Shown here: one piece after another, positions 33,047 through 33,188 of the stretch
Layout of the letters: each line of letters opens with the position of its first letter
Numbering within the stretch: the first letter of the stretch is position 1
Origin: a virus
Lineage: Duplodnaviria > Caudoviricetes
Reading direction: 5' to 3' (one strand)
Virus record (IMG/VR): IMGVR_UViG_3300012953_007088
Coordinates: 1 to 33,188 of that record
DNA length: 33,188 nucleotides
Notes under the pieces: model-generated
Databases searched by the model: none
Seen by the model: only the letters and a program-made list of their open reading frames with translations
Told to the model about the DNA's origin: nothing
Translations under genes and position numbers: made by a program

Positions 33047-33123
33047 GGACAAGTAGCTCAATTGGATAGAGCATCTGCCTTCTAAGCAGAGGGTTCTGGG
33101 TTCGAGTCCCAGCTTGTCTACCA
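33047..33123 (+). tRNA. tRNA-Arg (TCT)
   Basis: Acceptor GGACAAG/CTTGTCT, anticodon arm TCTGC-CTTCTAA-GCAGA, T arm CTGGG-TTCGAGT-CCCAG, encoded CCA. Confidence 0.95.
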
Positions 33124-33126
33124 ATT

Positions 33127-33188
33127 TGACCCGTAGCTTAATTGGTTAAAGCAGCGAACTCATAATTCGTTGAGTCAGGGTTCGAGTC
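33127..33188 (+). tRNA. tRNA with CAT anticodon (elongator Met or Ile2), 3'-truncated by the window edge
   Basis: D arm GCTT..AAGC, anticodon arm GCGAA-CTCATAA-TTCGT, GGTTCGAGTC; lacks the initiator GGG/CCC stem. Confidence 0.85.

Noticed and set aside
737-33074. Antisense and nested short ORFs in the track (e.g. 737, 3852, 6622, 13151, 14457, 23963, 26785, 32814)
   Set aside because: They are shadows of well-supported genes or tRNAs and carry no recognisable motifs
1-33188. Stop-codon reassignment
   Set aside because: Conserved genes are full length under code 11, all three stops terminate genes, and no suppressor tRNA is seen
1-33188. Cellular (bacterial chromosome or CPR) origin, or eukaryotic giant virus
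   Set aside because: Divergent replisome genes packed with RNR, dNMP kinase, fibre and tRNA array fit a large phage; the family C polymerase, DnaG/DnaB and sigma70-like promoters argue against an NCLDV. No capsid or terminase gene is in the window, so this remains an inference.

Overview
Gene-dense, AT-rich segment of a large tailed dsDNA phage genome (standard genetic code; no rRNA, CRISPR or mobile element seen). The left edge is the 3' part of a collagen-like (Gly-X-Y) fibre gene. Most of the window is a minus-strand DNA replication/recombination block: Rad52-like annealing protein, Whirly-like ssDNA-binding protein, a DnaE polymerase in three pieces (PHP / DEDDh exonuclease / catalytic core), PD-(D/E)XK nuclease, 2OG-Fe(II) oxygenase, primase, DnaB helicase and RecA. 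Nucleotide metabolism genes follow (NrdA/NrdB, dNMP kinase, dCMP deaminase, dUTPase). A large glycan toolkit is interleaved: about six glycosyltransferases, Gmd, an SDR epimerase, a short UDP-glucose dehydrogenase and a sulfotransferase, plus a signal peptidase I. A tRNA array (Gly-GCC, Arg-TCT, CAT) starts at the right edge. Most notable: (i) a ~345-nt highly base-paired non-coding element at 28247-28591 that I cannot assign to a known RNA family; (ii) an NrdB lacking the radical tyrosine, with the Chlamydia-type class Ic (Mn/Fe) signature; (iii) a GT9-like enzyme split across two in-frame genes; (iv) a recurring promoter architecture with a fixed-position CA-(A/G)-rich spacer box and mostly leaderless starts. 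All protein family calls come from motif recognition by eye, not database searches.
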